Source: a phage
Strand: one strand, 5' to 3'
Length of the DNA stretch: 64,000 nt
Sequence record: NC_135730.1
Under the pieces are notes generated by a model. It made no database searches. It was not told the DNA's origin and saw only the letters and a program-made list of their open reading frames with translations. Both the position numbers and the translations under genes were made by a program. This document shows positions 19,801 to 29,213 of the stretch, one piece after another; the first letter of the stretch is position 1, and each line of letters begins with the position of its first letter.

Positions 19801-22800
19801 ATGGCTGATATTAAAGTTGTCAGAATTGAATCTCTTCCTGCCACTACCGCAGTGACAGAGGATGATTACCTGGTTGTTCAACAACCAGACCTGACCCGTC
19901 GTGTAAAAATTGGCGATGTTGTCCATGTTGATGGGACTGTTTCTCATGTAATCTCCTTTAAGGAAGGTGGTAAGTTAAACGGCCCAATGGATTTTGCCTA
20001 CTTCGAAGAGGAAGACCTCTACCTGCGTTGGAAAGGCGAATTTCCGCACACTGTTCCTGCATTGTCTTCACCGTACTCCGATGGTGGGATTACTGACGCT
20101 GCATGGACGGTATATACAGACCCGTCCTTAAGGGAGGAGCTGGAATCTACCATTGGCGCATCTATGATCATGACAGCCGAAGGGCAGTCTGTCCAGGATG
20201 TAATGGATGTTACTGTTCAGACAGCTAACGATGCCAAAGCACTTGCACAGCGTGTAGATTTTGGTACAGTGCACACTGTAGGCGATGTTATTCACCTTGA
20301 TAACTTTGTTGGCCCTGCAGTTATTGAAGAGGGAAGAACTACCAACTACCCTTCTGCAGCAGCTGGTGAAAAATTTCTGAACGGTGTGGTATCTCGTCGT
20401 GATACTACAACTGTTGATGGTATTTTCCGTGGCGCTACCACCGGAGCCATGTACACCATTGCAGTAACCAACGGTGTAGCAACAACGAAAAGAATAGCAC
20501 TTCGTGATGAATTTAAACGCCTGGAGGCAAACAACCCAACAAGAACAGTTATCCGTGCTGGAGATGATTTAAACACGGCAGGGTACTTGCAGCTTGACGC
20601 AACAGGCCGTTGGGGTATGTGGAACCAACAAACAGCCTCGTGGCAACCTCTTGCTATAGAGCAAGGAGGCACAGGGGCTAGAGATGCCGCTGGAGTCCGT
20701 ATCAATATCGGTGCTTTCTATAAGCAACGTGCAGCCCTTGAGCCAAATTTCAATATCAATAACTTGACTGGTAATCAGGATGGTGTATACTACCAGCCGA
20801 TGACTGCTTATGCAACTGAGGCAAATGGTTACCCTGCAGGTTCTGGTGCTGGTCACCTGATTGTTTGGCAGAACAATGCTAACGGCGGTACAGGTTGTCG
20901 TCAGGAATACTATCCATTCTCTAACGTAGATGTTTGGTATTTAAGAACCTATCAGGCCAACACAAATCAGTGGACTGCATGGCAGCCGATGGTCAGACCT
21001 CGTAACGATGATACCTTTAGAGCGCACATCGGTCTCGGGTCTAGAAACTCCCCTACCTTTGGGCACCTTTACCTGTCTCAAAGTTCTGCTGATGTTAAGT
21101 CAGCATCAGGTATTGTTAACGGGGACAAATACAGCGCTGACGGTGTCCTTGAGCATGGATATAGGATCTACTCTGAGGTAAGAAACGACAATAAGGCTTG
21201 GTTGACAATCCACCTGCACAAAGGTGCAAAAGGATCTGAAACTCATAGATATTTAGGTTTCCGCGAAGATGGCGTGTTAGACTGCCCTAAATACATGCAG
21301 GTTGGGGATCTTACTGGTCAGCTGACAAACTGGGGTCTTGGAGAATGGATCCGTAGTTCAGGGGCAGAAAGAGGCTTCTGGGGGTCCAAGAAAGCCGCCA
21401 AGATGGTTGTCTGGGATGGTGGGATGGACGAATCCGGTAACGGCACTCTGGAATGGGGTGTTTATAACAACCGGAAGGCCAAGTGGGAACCTTTACCTCA
21501 AGCCGCAGGTGGTACTGGGGCTACAACTTTAGCAGATGCTCAGAATCTGTTCAAAGTTCCTATAGCAGCAGGTGTGAAAGACTTCTTAACACTGCCAAGA
21601 ACCGCAGGGATGGAAGATGGGAAATACTACCCGATCATCGTTAGAACAGATCCGTACTATGCTCCAGCAACTGGTACTGATATTACCATAGTTACCAGAT
21701 CGTCATCTGGAAATGACCCTATGAACTGTGCTACCTTACAGTGTCACTATAGAACTGGTGGTTGGACAGACAGAGGAGACTCTTTCTACGGGGTAGTAAA
21801 TTTCTACCAGAATGAAAAAGCACTTCTTGGGATGGTTGCTCCAACAAGGGGTAAACAAGAGTATGTTGCTTTCTATGTAGAGGCTCGTGCTTTCCCTGTC
21901 AGCATATACGCAAGTAGAAATGTTATCGAAGTGTTTACCAGAGAGCAAGATTACCAGGTCGGCTCTGTAACAAACAATCAGGATGGGGTTAAGTTCGTTG
22001 CACCTCTCCAGTCAGCAGATTTGAATCTTGCTATTCTTGGAGATAACAACACCAATACCAGACCTATTGTTGACTTCAAAGGTACTTCAGGGTTCTACAC
22101 TGGCGGCGGCACACAGTGGCACTATATAGGCACTGCTGAACGCTATGCTGTGATGAGCAAAATGAATATGCCAAAAGTCGAGCTATGGGCAGACGGTCTT
22201 GACTATTTGTGCTACGGCAGTCCTAGAAAGGCGTTATTCTCTAATGCAGGATTCCAGTGTGCATCCGATGGGACAGAGGATCTGACTAACGGTACGTTTA
22301 CCTCTAAATGCGGTAATGGTGCTGGTCTCAAAGGTCAGGCAGAGTTCAGATCTACTCCGGAAGCGGGTCAAGTTATTGTTCGCGATGTTGTAGGCACAGC
22401 TCATAGATTCTACAACTTCAACAAGGATGGTACTTTCTCAGCTCCTGGTGGTTTTGTATGCCATACTGGTGCAGACTGGAACAACCAGTTTGGGCCTAAC
22501 AACCCATCCAAAATAATGGCAGGCAATGTCAACGGACCTGAAGGATCGATGGTTGTTGGTGGGTTGTCTGTAGCGTTTTCTGGAAACTATGCCTTCCAAA
22601 TGGCTGGTCGCCTTGATCAGTTATACACCAGATCTATCGAGGGTGGTAACCATAGGGCATGGAACAAGGTTATACAGCACAGAGGACAGGGTCTTGGGAC
22701 AAACGACCTTAACGACTACAAAGGAGATAGGGAGGGTTTTTATCATCAGGAGACCAATGCTCAAGCCGCACTTGATAAAAACTACCCATGCTCCCAGGCA

Positions 22801-23601
22801 GGTACTCTCGTTGTCTACAGAAACTATGCCAACGTTCCAGAGAGTTGCGTACAGGAATATACAACATATCTTGGAGAAAAATTCCTGCGTTATGGAACAA
22901 CGATAGGTGGTGTTTTCACATGGGGCCATTGGCAGCAGCTTGGTGGTAAGGGTATCACTCTAAAAACTCAAGGATCCAATCTTGAACCGGAGTTCACAAT
23001 ACACACGGGTGGTGGGACGGATGTTACCAACACTTCCAACATGCCTTCTAATACAGGCAGGTTGTACTATTGGGGTAATGGCGCAGATAGGAAGAATGTG
23101 CTGGAGTTTCAGATAAGTGATAACTCAACAGTCGCCAACTGGGTATTCCACTGTGGCGCTAAGGCAGATGAGGCTAAATCAAGATATTTTGCTGTCAACG
23201 GCACGGTAGAATGTACTACTGTTAGCCAAAGTTCCGATAGGGACCTGAAGGATAACATAGAGGTCATACCTAACGCTCTGGAAGCAATTAGAAAAATGAA
23301 AGGCTATACCTACACCTTGAAAGAGAATGGTATGCCTTATGCAGGCGTGATTGCTCAAGAGGTTATGGAAGCATTGCCAGAGGCAGTAGGATCTTTCGTG
23401 AAAAGGAAGGAAATAGAAGGTCCTACTCAAGACGGCATTCCTTTGATGACCGAGGAAAGGTTCTATAACGTTGACTACGCAGCTGTAACAGGCTTGCTTG
23501 TCCAGGTTTGCAGGGAACAGGACGATAAAATAACCGCCCTTGAGGAGCAGGTTAAAAAATTGACAGAGGTTGTTACTGGGTTGCAAGAGAAACTGAAGTA
23601 A
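19801..23601 (+). CDS. tail fibre / tailspike with C-terminal intramolecular chaperone (peptidase S74-like) domain
   Basis: C-terminal SDRDLKDNIE...GYTYTLKENG...GVIAQEV matches the auto-cleaving chaperone domain of endosialidase / L-shaped fibre proteins; N-terminal anchor domain shared with 16498-17166. Confidence 0.65.
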   Translation: MADIKVVRIESLPATTAVTEDDYLVVQQPDLTRRVKIGDVVHVDGTVSHVISFKEGGKLNGPMDFAYFEEEDLYLRWKGEFPHTVPALSSPYSDGGITDAAWTVYTDPSLREELESTIGASMIMTAEGQSVQDVMDVTVQTANDAKALAQRVDFGTVHTVGDVIHLDNFVGPAVIEEGRTTNYPSAAAGEKFLNGVVSRRDTTTVDGIFRGATTGAMYTIAVTNGVATTKRIALRDEFKRLEANNPTRTVIRAGDDLNTAGYLQLDATGRWGMWNQQTASWQPLAIEQGGTGARDAAGVRINIGAFYKQRAALEPNFNINNLTGNQDGVYYQPMTAYATEANGYPAGSGAGHLIVWQNNANGGTGCRQEYYPFSNVDVWYLRTYQANTNQWTAWQPMVRPRNDDTFRAHIGLGSRNSPTFGHLYLSQSSADVKSASGIVNGDKYSADGVLEHGYRIYSEVRNDNKAWLTIHLHKGAKGSETHRYLGFREDGVLDCPKYMQVGDLTGQLTNWGLGEWIRSSGAERGFWGSKKAAKMVVWDGGMDESGNGTLEWGVYNNRKAKWEPLPQAAGGTGATTLADAQNLFKVPIAAGVKDFLTLPRTAGMEDGKYYPIIVRTDPYYAPATGTDITIVTRSSSGNDPMNCATLQCHYRTGGWTDRGDSFYGVVNFYQNEKALLGMVAPTRGKQEYVAFYVEARAFPVSIYASRNVIEVFTREQDYQVGSVTNNQDGVKFVAPLQSADLNLAILGDNNTNTRPIVDFKGTSGFYTGGGTQWHYIGTAERYAVMSKMNMPKVELWADGLDYLCYGSPRKALFSNAGFQCASDGTEDLTNGTFTSKCGNGAGLKGQAEFRSTPEAGQVIVRDVVGTAHRFYNFNKDGTFSAPGGFVCHTGADWNNQFGPNNPSKIMAGNVNGPEGSMVVGGLSVAFSGNYAFQMAGRLDQLYTRSIEGGNHRAWNKVIQHRGQGLGTNDLNDYKGDREGFYHQETNAQAALDKNYPCSQAGTLVVYRNYANVPESCVQEYTTYLGEKFLRYGTTIGGVFTWGHWQQLGGKGITLKTQGSNLEPEFTIHTGGGTDVTNTSNMPSNTGRLYYWGNGADRKNVLEFQISDNSTVANWVFHCGAKADEAKSRYFAVNGTVECTTVSQSSDRDLKDNIEVIPNALEAIRKMKGYTYTLKENGMPYAGVIAQEVMEALPEAVGSFVKRKEIEGPTQDGIPLMTEERFYNVDYAAVTGLLVQVCREQDDKITALEEQVKKLTEVVTGLQEKLK
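23233..23598 (+). other. intramolecular chaperone auto-processing domain (within the 19801-23601 CDS)
   Basis: Last ~122 residues starting at SDRDLKDNIE; predicted self-cleavage at the Ser preceding DRDLKDNIE. Confidence 0.5.
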
Positions 23602-23608
23602 CTGTTTT

Positions 23609-23636
23609 GCCCTCGCTTCGGCGGGGGCTTTTTGTT
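23609..23636 (+). terminator. intrinsic terminator (TTCG tetraloop)
   Basis: GCCCTCGC-ttcg-GCGGGGGC then TTTTTGTTTG. Confidence 0.65.
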
Positions 23637-23640
23637 TGTA

Positions 23641-23669
23641 TTGCGTATTAACTCAAAATCTGGTAAAAT
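23641..23669 (+). promoter_or_regulatory. sigma70-like promoter with extended -10
   Basis: TTGCGT -17- TGgTAAAAT, immediately after terminator 23609-23636. Confidence 0.5.
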
Positions 23670-23700
23670 AACTATCATGATTGTTTAACCTGGAGGCACA

Positions 23701-24291
23701 ATGTTTTTATGGGAAAGGCCTAGATACCTTCCAGATATTAGATTGGAGCTGCTGGCAGATATTGTTACGTTTAAAAGTCCGTTTACAGGTAAAACGCAAA
23801 AAGTAACCTATGCCACACCTAACTGGAAAGGCACTTTGACGGTTTCCAATATCAGCGAGTCACAGTTGCTAGAGCTTAAGAGCTTTGTTGATCAGGTGTA
23901 TAAAGATGGAAACATCTTTCTTATTAAAACTTACGGTCACTCAGTTACAGCTAATGAGCCAATCGCCCTTGGGCCTACTGGTAACGACGATTTTTTGAAG
24001 ACGGTTGGGTGGGAGCCAAACAGAGACATAGCCAGAGCTGGGGATAAAATATCTGTCAATGATGAATTGAAAGTGGTAACAGCTCCAGTGCGTAGCGATG
24101 GTGTTGGGTCTGCTGTTATAAGCATATCTCCAAGACTTAGAAAACCTATTGCCGCAGGGGACACTATGAAGATAATAACTCAATCCCCGAAGGGTAGGTT
24201 TCATATCAGAGATATTTATAAAATTAAGCAAAAAGTCGATGCTATGCAAAAAGGTGATAATATAGTTATCAACTTCTTTGAGGATTTCTAA
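23701..24291 (+). CDS. putative minor tail protein (gpM / distal tail protein-like position)
   Basis: 196-aa ORF, first gene after promoter 23641-23669, upstream of the L/K/J-like genes; call is by position only. Confidence 0.3.
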   Translation: MFLWERPRYLPDIRLELLADIVTFKSPFTGKTQKVTYATPNWKGTLTVSNISESQLLELKSFVDQVYKDGNIFLIKTYGHSVTANEPIALGPTGNDDFLKTVGWEPNRDIARAGDKISVNDELKVVTAPVRSDGVGSAVISISPRLRKPIAAGDTMKIITQSPKGRFHIRDIYKIKQKVDAMQKGDNIVINFFEDF

Positions 24292-24292
24292 G

Positions 24293-24844
24293 ATGATCAG
24301 AGCGCCATTAGATAATTTATTTCTTGAAAAGCTGGAGCTTGATGGTGTTGAGATCTTAATTGCTGCAAAGCTGGAGCTACCGACAGGAACTGTCAGGGTG
24401 TGCTCAGGCACTGGTGTTGTAGTAATTGAGGGGCAACATTTTATAGGGATAGGGGGATCAGCAACATTAACTGCTGTGTCTGAGAAAGATGCCACCAACT
24501 TCGGATCTGTGGTAGCGACATTGAACGGGTTTGATCCTAAGTATGTGGGTGATCTGCTGAAGACGGAGTATTCTGGTTGTCGTGCCACGTTGTACATTAC
24601 CGCTATGGAGAATGGTCTACCTGTCACAACTAATGGCTTGTTTGACGGCCTTATAACAGATATGGCTATTCAGACAGGTGAGAATAGTGCTTTGTCAATA
24701 TCCATCTCTTCCATCTTCAACAGTTGGTTAAGAGGTTTTCCTTATCGGTACACGGAGGAAAGCCACAGCTCAAGAAACGATAATGACAGATTTTTTAAAT
24801 ATGTGGATCAGGTGGCGAGCCGCCCGATCATTTGGGAGGTTTAA
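24293..24844 (+). CDS. putative minor tail protein (gpL-like position)
   Basis: ATG 24293 with RBS GAGGA (track TTG 24278); position between M-like and K-like genes. Confidence 0.3.
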   Translation: MIRAPLDNLFLEKLELDGVEILIAAKLELPTGTVRVCSGTGVVVIEGQHFIGIGGSATLTAVSEKDATNFGSVVATLNGFDPKYVGDLLKTEYSGCRATLYITAMENGLPVTTNGLFDGLITDMAIQTGENSALSISISSIFNSWLRGFPYRYTEESHSSRNDNDRFFKYVDQVASRPIIWEV

Positions 24845-25269
24845 TGAGCACACACCCTCGTTTAGTGGATTGGCAAGAAAGATTGTGGAAAGTGTTTGAC
24901 GAAGAGGCCACCATACCTTTTGAATGGGGATTCCACGATTGCTGCACCTTTGCAGCTAAGTGTGTTGATGCCCAATACGGAACAGATTTTCTTTCCAACT
25001 TCGAAGGAACGTATAAAACAGAGTTGGAAAGCAAAAGATGGTGCATGCTTCGTTTCAAAACTACACACCTGCCTACTATTTTTGATCTCTTTATGACTCG
25101 ACTGGATACTCCTAAACAGGTTCAGCGTGGCGATATTGTTATTTTCGAAGGTCTGAACGGGCTCACCGCTGGTGTGTTCTGGAACAACCAGATTTGGGCG
25201 AAAGGTGATAAAGGGGTCTTTATGTTCGACATGAAAGATTCTATCGTTGTTGATGTCTGGAGGTATTAA
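24844..25269 (+). CDS. putative tail assembly protein with Cys-His peptidase-like motif (gpK-like position)
   Basis: ATG 24844 with RBS GGGAGG; HDCC motif; directly upstream of the J-like gene. Confidence 0.3.
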   Translation: MSTHPRLVDWQERLWKVFDEEATIPFEWGFHDCCTFAAKCVDAQYGTDFLSNFEGTYKTELESKRWCMLRFKTTHLPTIFDLFMTRLDTPKQVQRGDIVIFEGLNGLTAGVFWNNQIWAKGDKGVFMFDMKDSIVVDVWRY

Positions 25270-28200
25270 TGCCAATTGCAATGATTGATAACATCGTTGC
25301 TTCTGCAAGATCTTCAAGTTATGACTGGAACGCATCCAAGGCAGCTCTGGCTGACAGCCTGAACACTGTGACCACCAGAACTTTGGATAAGATTTTTGAG
25401 GGCAACAAATCTTACAGAAGTCAGCAAGATAGACAAAAGCTTCTCAGATCTTCTGCTGCACCTTGCTCTGTAGTGTATGGAAAGACACGCACATCTGGAT
25501 TGCTTGCGTTTTTGGAGCAGGATAGCGACAGAACCCTCCATTGTGCTATTGTTCTTGCCAATCACCCTCTGGAAGGTATAGAAGATATACTTATCGACGG
25601 TAATCCTATTTCCTCGTATGGAGATCTGGTATCGTGGGAGCTACATAACGACAGAAAAACATCTGATCCTTTCATGGGTACACACTGCCCATCATGGTCA
25701 CCTGACATGATAGGTAGAGGGATCAGTTGGCTACGTGCCAGCTTCAGGTTTGACCCTAACAAGTTTCCTTTTGGGTTGCCAAACGTTACACTCGTCAAGA
25801 TTGGTAAAAAATGCTATGATCCTCGTATCAGTAAAGAGGTGTACACCAATAACGCTGCCTTGGTGATCCTAGACTATTTAAGAACGTACCTTAAATGTCC
25901 TGACGAAACCATCAACTGGGAGTCCTTCAAGGAGGCTGCCAACATATGCGACGAGGCGGTAAAAAACGCAGACGGAACCAGTGAGCGCCGTTACACCATT
26001 AACGGTGAGTTTGACATGGATGAGGCCCCAGCAAGTATTATGGCAGAAATGCTGAAAGCTTGCGGTGCAGATCTTAGTTATGTTGCTGGTAAGTATGGTT
26101 TGCTGGTTGGTGCATACTATGGCCCAGCAACAATGACACTTAGTGAGGACTGTGTCTGTGGTGAGGTTAAGATCTATCCGGAAGCCTCATTTGACAAAAG
26201 ATCCAACACAATAACTGGCAGATTCACTAGCCCGACCAAAGGGTATTCTGAAACAGATTTTCCATCAGTGTTTGTCCCAGAGTGGATAGAGAAGGATGGA
26301 GAAAGAAAGATAATCGATATAGACTATCGCTTTGTTACCAGCCCTTATCAAGCTCAGCGTGTTTCTGCAATCTTCTTAAGACGTGCTAGAGCTGGCAGGA
26401 TTATTGAAGTCACCTGCAATATGCGAGGTTTTAAATTTAAGCCTGGCCGTTATGTTACAATGGACCTCCCAAGTATTGGTATAGTGGGCCAAGAAATGAG
26501 GGTTCTTGAATGGGAGTTCACCAAAAAGGGCGGTGTCAAGGTAAAACTTCGTCAAGATGCTAAAGAGTGGAATGATGCCACAGGGCAACTTCCGGATTCC
26601 GGCGATGTAGATATTCCGATATCCCCGTCCGGTGTAGCTCAGCCGCAAAACTTCAGATACTCAGTTCTCCAAGCTGGGGAAGTAACTCACGGTGTTTTGG
26701 CCTGGGACAACGTTGGGACTTACGCTCAAAATATTGTGCAGGTAAGAAAGAACGGAGAGATTGTTTGGACAGCACAGACAGTTGAGCAGTTTGTCCGTGT
26801 TGAAGGTCTGACTAAAGGTTCCTACACAGCCACTGTTGTTGCAACATCTTATAAAGGTGGTGTATCTCCAGAAGCGTATTGTGAGTTTAACATTCAGGCA
26901 CCTGAAGCTCCGGTTTCTGTAGAGGTTAAGCAAGGATACTTTGCTATCACCTTGATTCCGCATAGTAGGGATTTAGCAAGTGTTAGCACCCAGTATGACT
27001 TTTGGACATCCGGTATGACAAGGTTGCCCGACACCAGTGATGCAACCGTTACTTCAAACGCCACCCGTATGGGTGTTGGTTCAACTTGGACATCTGAAGG
27101 TCTGCAGAACGATAAGGTTTATTATTGGTATATTCGAACCACAAACGCTTTTGGTAGTTCTCAGTTTGTAGAATGCGCTGCACGCTGCTACACCTCTATT
27201 GAGGATTTGATGCCTCAGATAGATGCTGAATTCAAAAAGACAGAAACTTATAAAGAGTTGATGAGCACTTTGGATTCCTCTATTGAAGAGGTTGAAAATC
27301 GTGTCACAGAACTTAACAGGTACATGGATGGTAGGGTAGATGAGGCATTCCAGCAACTTGGAGACAGAATAGGTGCGGTAGTTACAGAGACAACTCAGAA
27401 GTTTGAGGATGTCAATGGCAATATCACAGCGCTGGATAGGAAACTTGTTGCTGCACAGAACAAGTTCACCAACGATCTGAACACTGAAAGTGGAAGATTG
27501 GCATCCCTGATTGAGACAACCAATAAAGCAACTACTGATCTTCTGAACAAAAAGACAGAGGCTTTAGATGAGAAATTGGTTGCCGCCAAAGGTGAGCTGG
27601 TAGAGCAGATAGAGGGAGTTGAGAGCGGGTATTTAGCCGGAGATAAAACTCTGGATGGTAAGATCAATACTCAGAGAACAGAACTTGACGCAAGCATCTT
27701 GAGCACTAACCAGGCCACTGTGGATCTTTTGAACAGGACATCTGAAACTCTGGATCAAAAGATTAGTCAGACAAACGCGACGGTATCTAAAAACTATACC
27801 ACCCTTGACGGCAAGATAACTACCGCAAAAACTGACCTCAACACCTTGATTGCCAATACCAACAAGGCCACCACTGACTTGTTGAATCAGAAAACATCTG
27901 CACTGTCAGAGCAGATAACTTCTGCACGTGGGGAGATTTCTACCAACAAGCAAGCGATTGATGCTTTGGATGGAAAACTGACCTCCACAAAAACAGCGCT
28001 GGATGCTACAATTTCCGATACCAATAAAGCCACTGTGGACCTTATCAACGGCACAGCGTCAGCTATTCGTCAAGAACTTGCTGTTGCTAAGCAGGAGATC
28101 ATTGATGATGTTGGGGATGTGTCTGAGATCAGGGCTGCAGTAGCTACAACATCTAAGGCTGTAACCGACTTAGAGGGTAAAGTAAATGCTCAATGGGGCA

Positions 28201-29108
28201 CAAAAATACAGGTAGACTCCGCAGGGAATAAATATGTTGCAGGTATCCAGCTGGGGATGGAAGGGTCTGGGGGCCAAGTTCAATCCTACTTCATGGTTAG
28301 TGCAAACAATTTTGCGGTATACAACCCAGGAAATGGAACAGCAACCCTTGCTTTCGCAATCAAGAACAACCAAGCGTTCTTGAAAGACGCTTTTATAGAG
28401 AATGGCACGATCTCCTCTGCCAAGATCGCACAAGAAATTTCGTCAAACAACTACGATGGCAACGGGTACCATAAATACGGTTGGTATATTAATAAGAACG
28501 GGCACGCCCAATTTATGGATGTGTGGGTGAAAGGCAACATCAACGCCAGTTCTGGTAACTTCACAGGGGCAGTTAACGCCACTAGTGGTACCTTCCGTGG
28601 AGATGTTTATGCCAATAATGGCAGCTTTAGAGGCACCATAGATGCAACCGGAGGTACCTTCCGTGGTCGTGTAGAAGCTTCTGTTATCCGCGCTAACCAG
28701 TTCGAAGGTGCAATTGTTGCACACAGGACTTACGGGGATTGTGCTCCAGTATATAACTCCCAGCAAAGGGTTTGCCGTTGGAGGTGGAGATACGTAGATA
28801 ACGTTTCAGGTCAGGGTAAGAACGTAACATTCTTCTTTAAACTGAATGGTACTCTTGCCAGCTCCCAGCTCAACGTTTGGATAGCCGGACATCAAATCCT
28901 TGCAGGTAAGAAGTACGGAAACGACAACAACGGCATGTGTGCGGTAGGGATAACAGGTCTTGGTGAACAAACCATAGATATTGTTGTTGAAATCTACACA
29001 CCATGGTCAACGTCTTCTGTAACAGGGGTCGCAATATCCTGTCCTACTGTTGTGGTAAGCCGTTCTAACTCAAGCTTCCAAGGACCTTGGAACGAGTCTC
29101 ACGACTAA
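25269..29108 (+). CDS. tail tip / central fibre protein, lambda gpJ-like (host specificity protein)
   Basis: Similarity along the whole protein to lambda J as recalled from memory (YTNNAALVILDYL vs YSNNMAWCLWDML; GYFAITLIPH vs GYFQITATPH; YYWYIRTTNAFG vs YYFYIRSVNTVG; QWGTKIQVD..YVAGIQLGMEG vs MWAVKIEQT..YVAGIGLSMED). Confidence 0.65.
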   Translation: MPIAMIDNIVASARSSSYDWNASKAALADSLNTVTTRTLDKIFEGNKSYRSQQDRQKLLRSSAAPCSVVYGKTRTSGLLAFLEQDSDRTLHCAIVLANHPLEGIEDILIDGNPISSYGDLVSWELHNDRKTSDPFMGTHCPSWSPDMIGRGISWLRASFRFDPNKFPFGLPNVTLVKIGKKCYDPRISKEVYTNNAALVILDYLRTYLKCPDETINWESFKEAANICDEAVKNADGTSERRYTINGEFDMDEAPASIMAEMLKACGADLSYVAGKYGLLVGAYYGPATMTLSEDCVCGEVKIYPEASFDKRSNTITGRFTSPTKGYSETDFPSVFVPEWIEKDGERKIIDIDYRFVTSPYQAQRVSAIFLRRARAGRIIEVTCNMRGFKFKPGRYVTMDLPSIGIVGQEMRVLEWEFTKKGGVKVKLRQDAKEWNDATGQLPDSGDVDIPISPSGVAQPQNFRYSVLQAGEVTHGVLAWDNVGTYAQNIVQVRKNGEIVWTAQTVEQFVRVEGLTKGSYTATVVATSYKGGVSPEAYCEFNIQAPEAPVSVEVKQGYFAITLIPHSRDLASVSTQYDFWTSGMTRLPDTSDATVTSNATRMGVGSTWTSEGLQNDKVYYWYIRTTNAFGSSQFVECAARCYTSIEDLMPQIDAEFKKTETYKELMSTLDSSIEEVENRVTELNRYMDGRVDEAFQQLGDRIGAVVTETTQKFEDVNGNITALDRKLVAAQNKFTNDLNTESGRLASLIETTNKATTDLLNKKTEALDEKLVAAKGELVEQIEGVESGYLAGDKTLDGKINTQRTELDASILSTNQATVDLLNRTSETLDQKISQTNATVSKNYTTLDGKITTAKTDLNTLIANTNKATTDLLNQKTSALSEQITSARGEISTNKQAIDALDGKLTSTKTALDATISDTNKATVDLINGTASAIRQELAVAKQEIIDDVGDVSEIRAAVATTSKAVTDLEGKVNAQWGTKIQVDSAGNKYVAGIQLGMEGSGGQVQSYFMVSANNFAVYNPGNGTATLAFAIKNNQAFLKDAFIENGTISSAKIAQEISSNNYDGNGYHKYGWYINKNGHAQFMDVWVKGNINASSGNFTGAVNATSGTFRGDVYANNGSFRGTIDATGGTFRGRVEASVIRANQFEGAIVAHRTYGDCAPVYNSQQRVCRWRWRYVDNVSGQGKNVTFFFKLNGTLASSQLNVWIAGHQILAGKKYGNDNNGMCAVGITGLGEQTIDIVVEIYTPWSTSSVTGVAISCPTVVVSRSNSSFQGPWNESHD

Positions 29109-29113
29109 CCTTT

Positions 29114-29143
29114 AAAGCCCCGCTTCGGCGGGGTTTATTTTTA
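29114..29143 (+). terminator. intrinsic terminator (TTCG tetraloop)
   Basis: AAAGCCCCGC-ttcg-GCGGGGTTT then ATTTTTA. Confidence 0.65.
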
Positions 29144-29151
29144 TGCTCAGA

Positions 29152-29180
29152 TTGACTATTGTTACAAAATTTGGTAAAAT
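29152..29180 (+). promoter_or_regulatory. sigma70-like promoter with extended -10
   Basis: TTGACT -17- TGgTAAAAT, immediately after terminator 29114-29143. Confidence 0.55.
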
Positions 29181-29213
29181 ACCTTGTAGAGATTTTCATA
29201 CCGGAGGAGTGAC

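Noticed and set aside
23941-24627. 228-aa minus-strand ORF spanning the M-like and L-like genes
   Set aside because: Antisense overlap with two tightly coupled plus-strand genes.
27360-28150. Repetitive DNA inside the J-like gene as a possible CRISPR array or mobile repeat
   Set aside because: The repeats are in-frame coding repeats within a continuous ORF, with no spacer-repeat periodicity.
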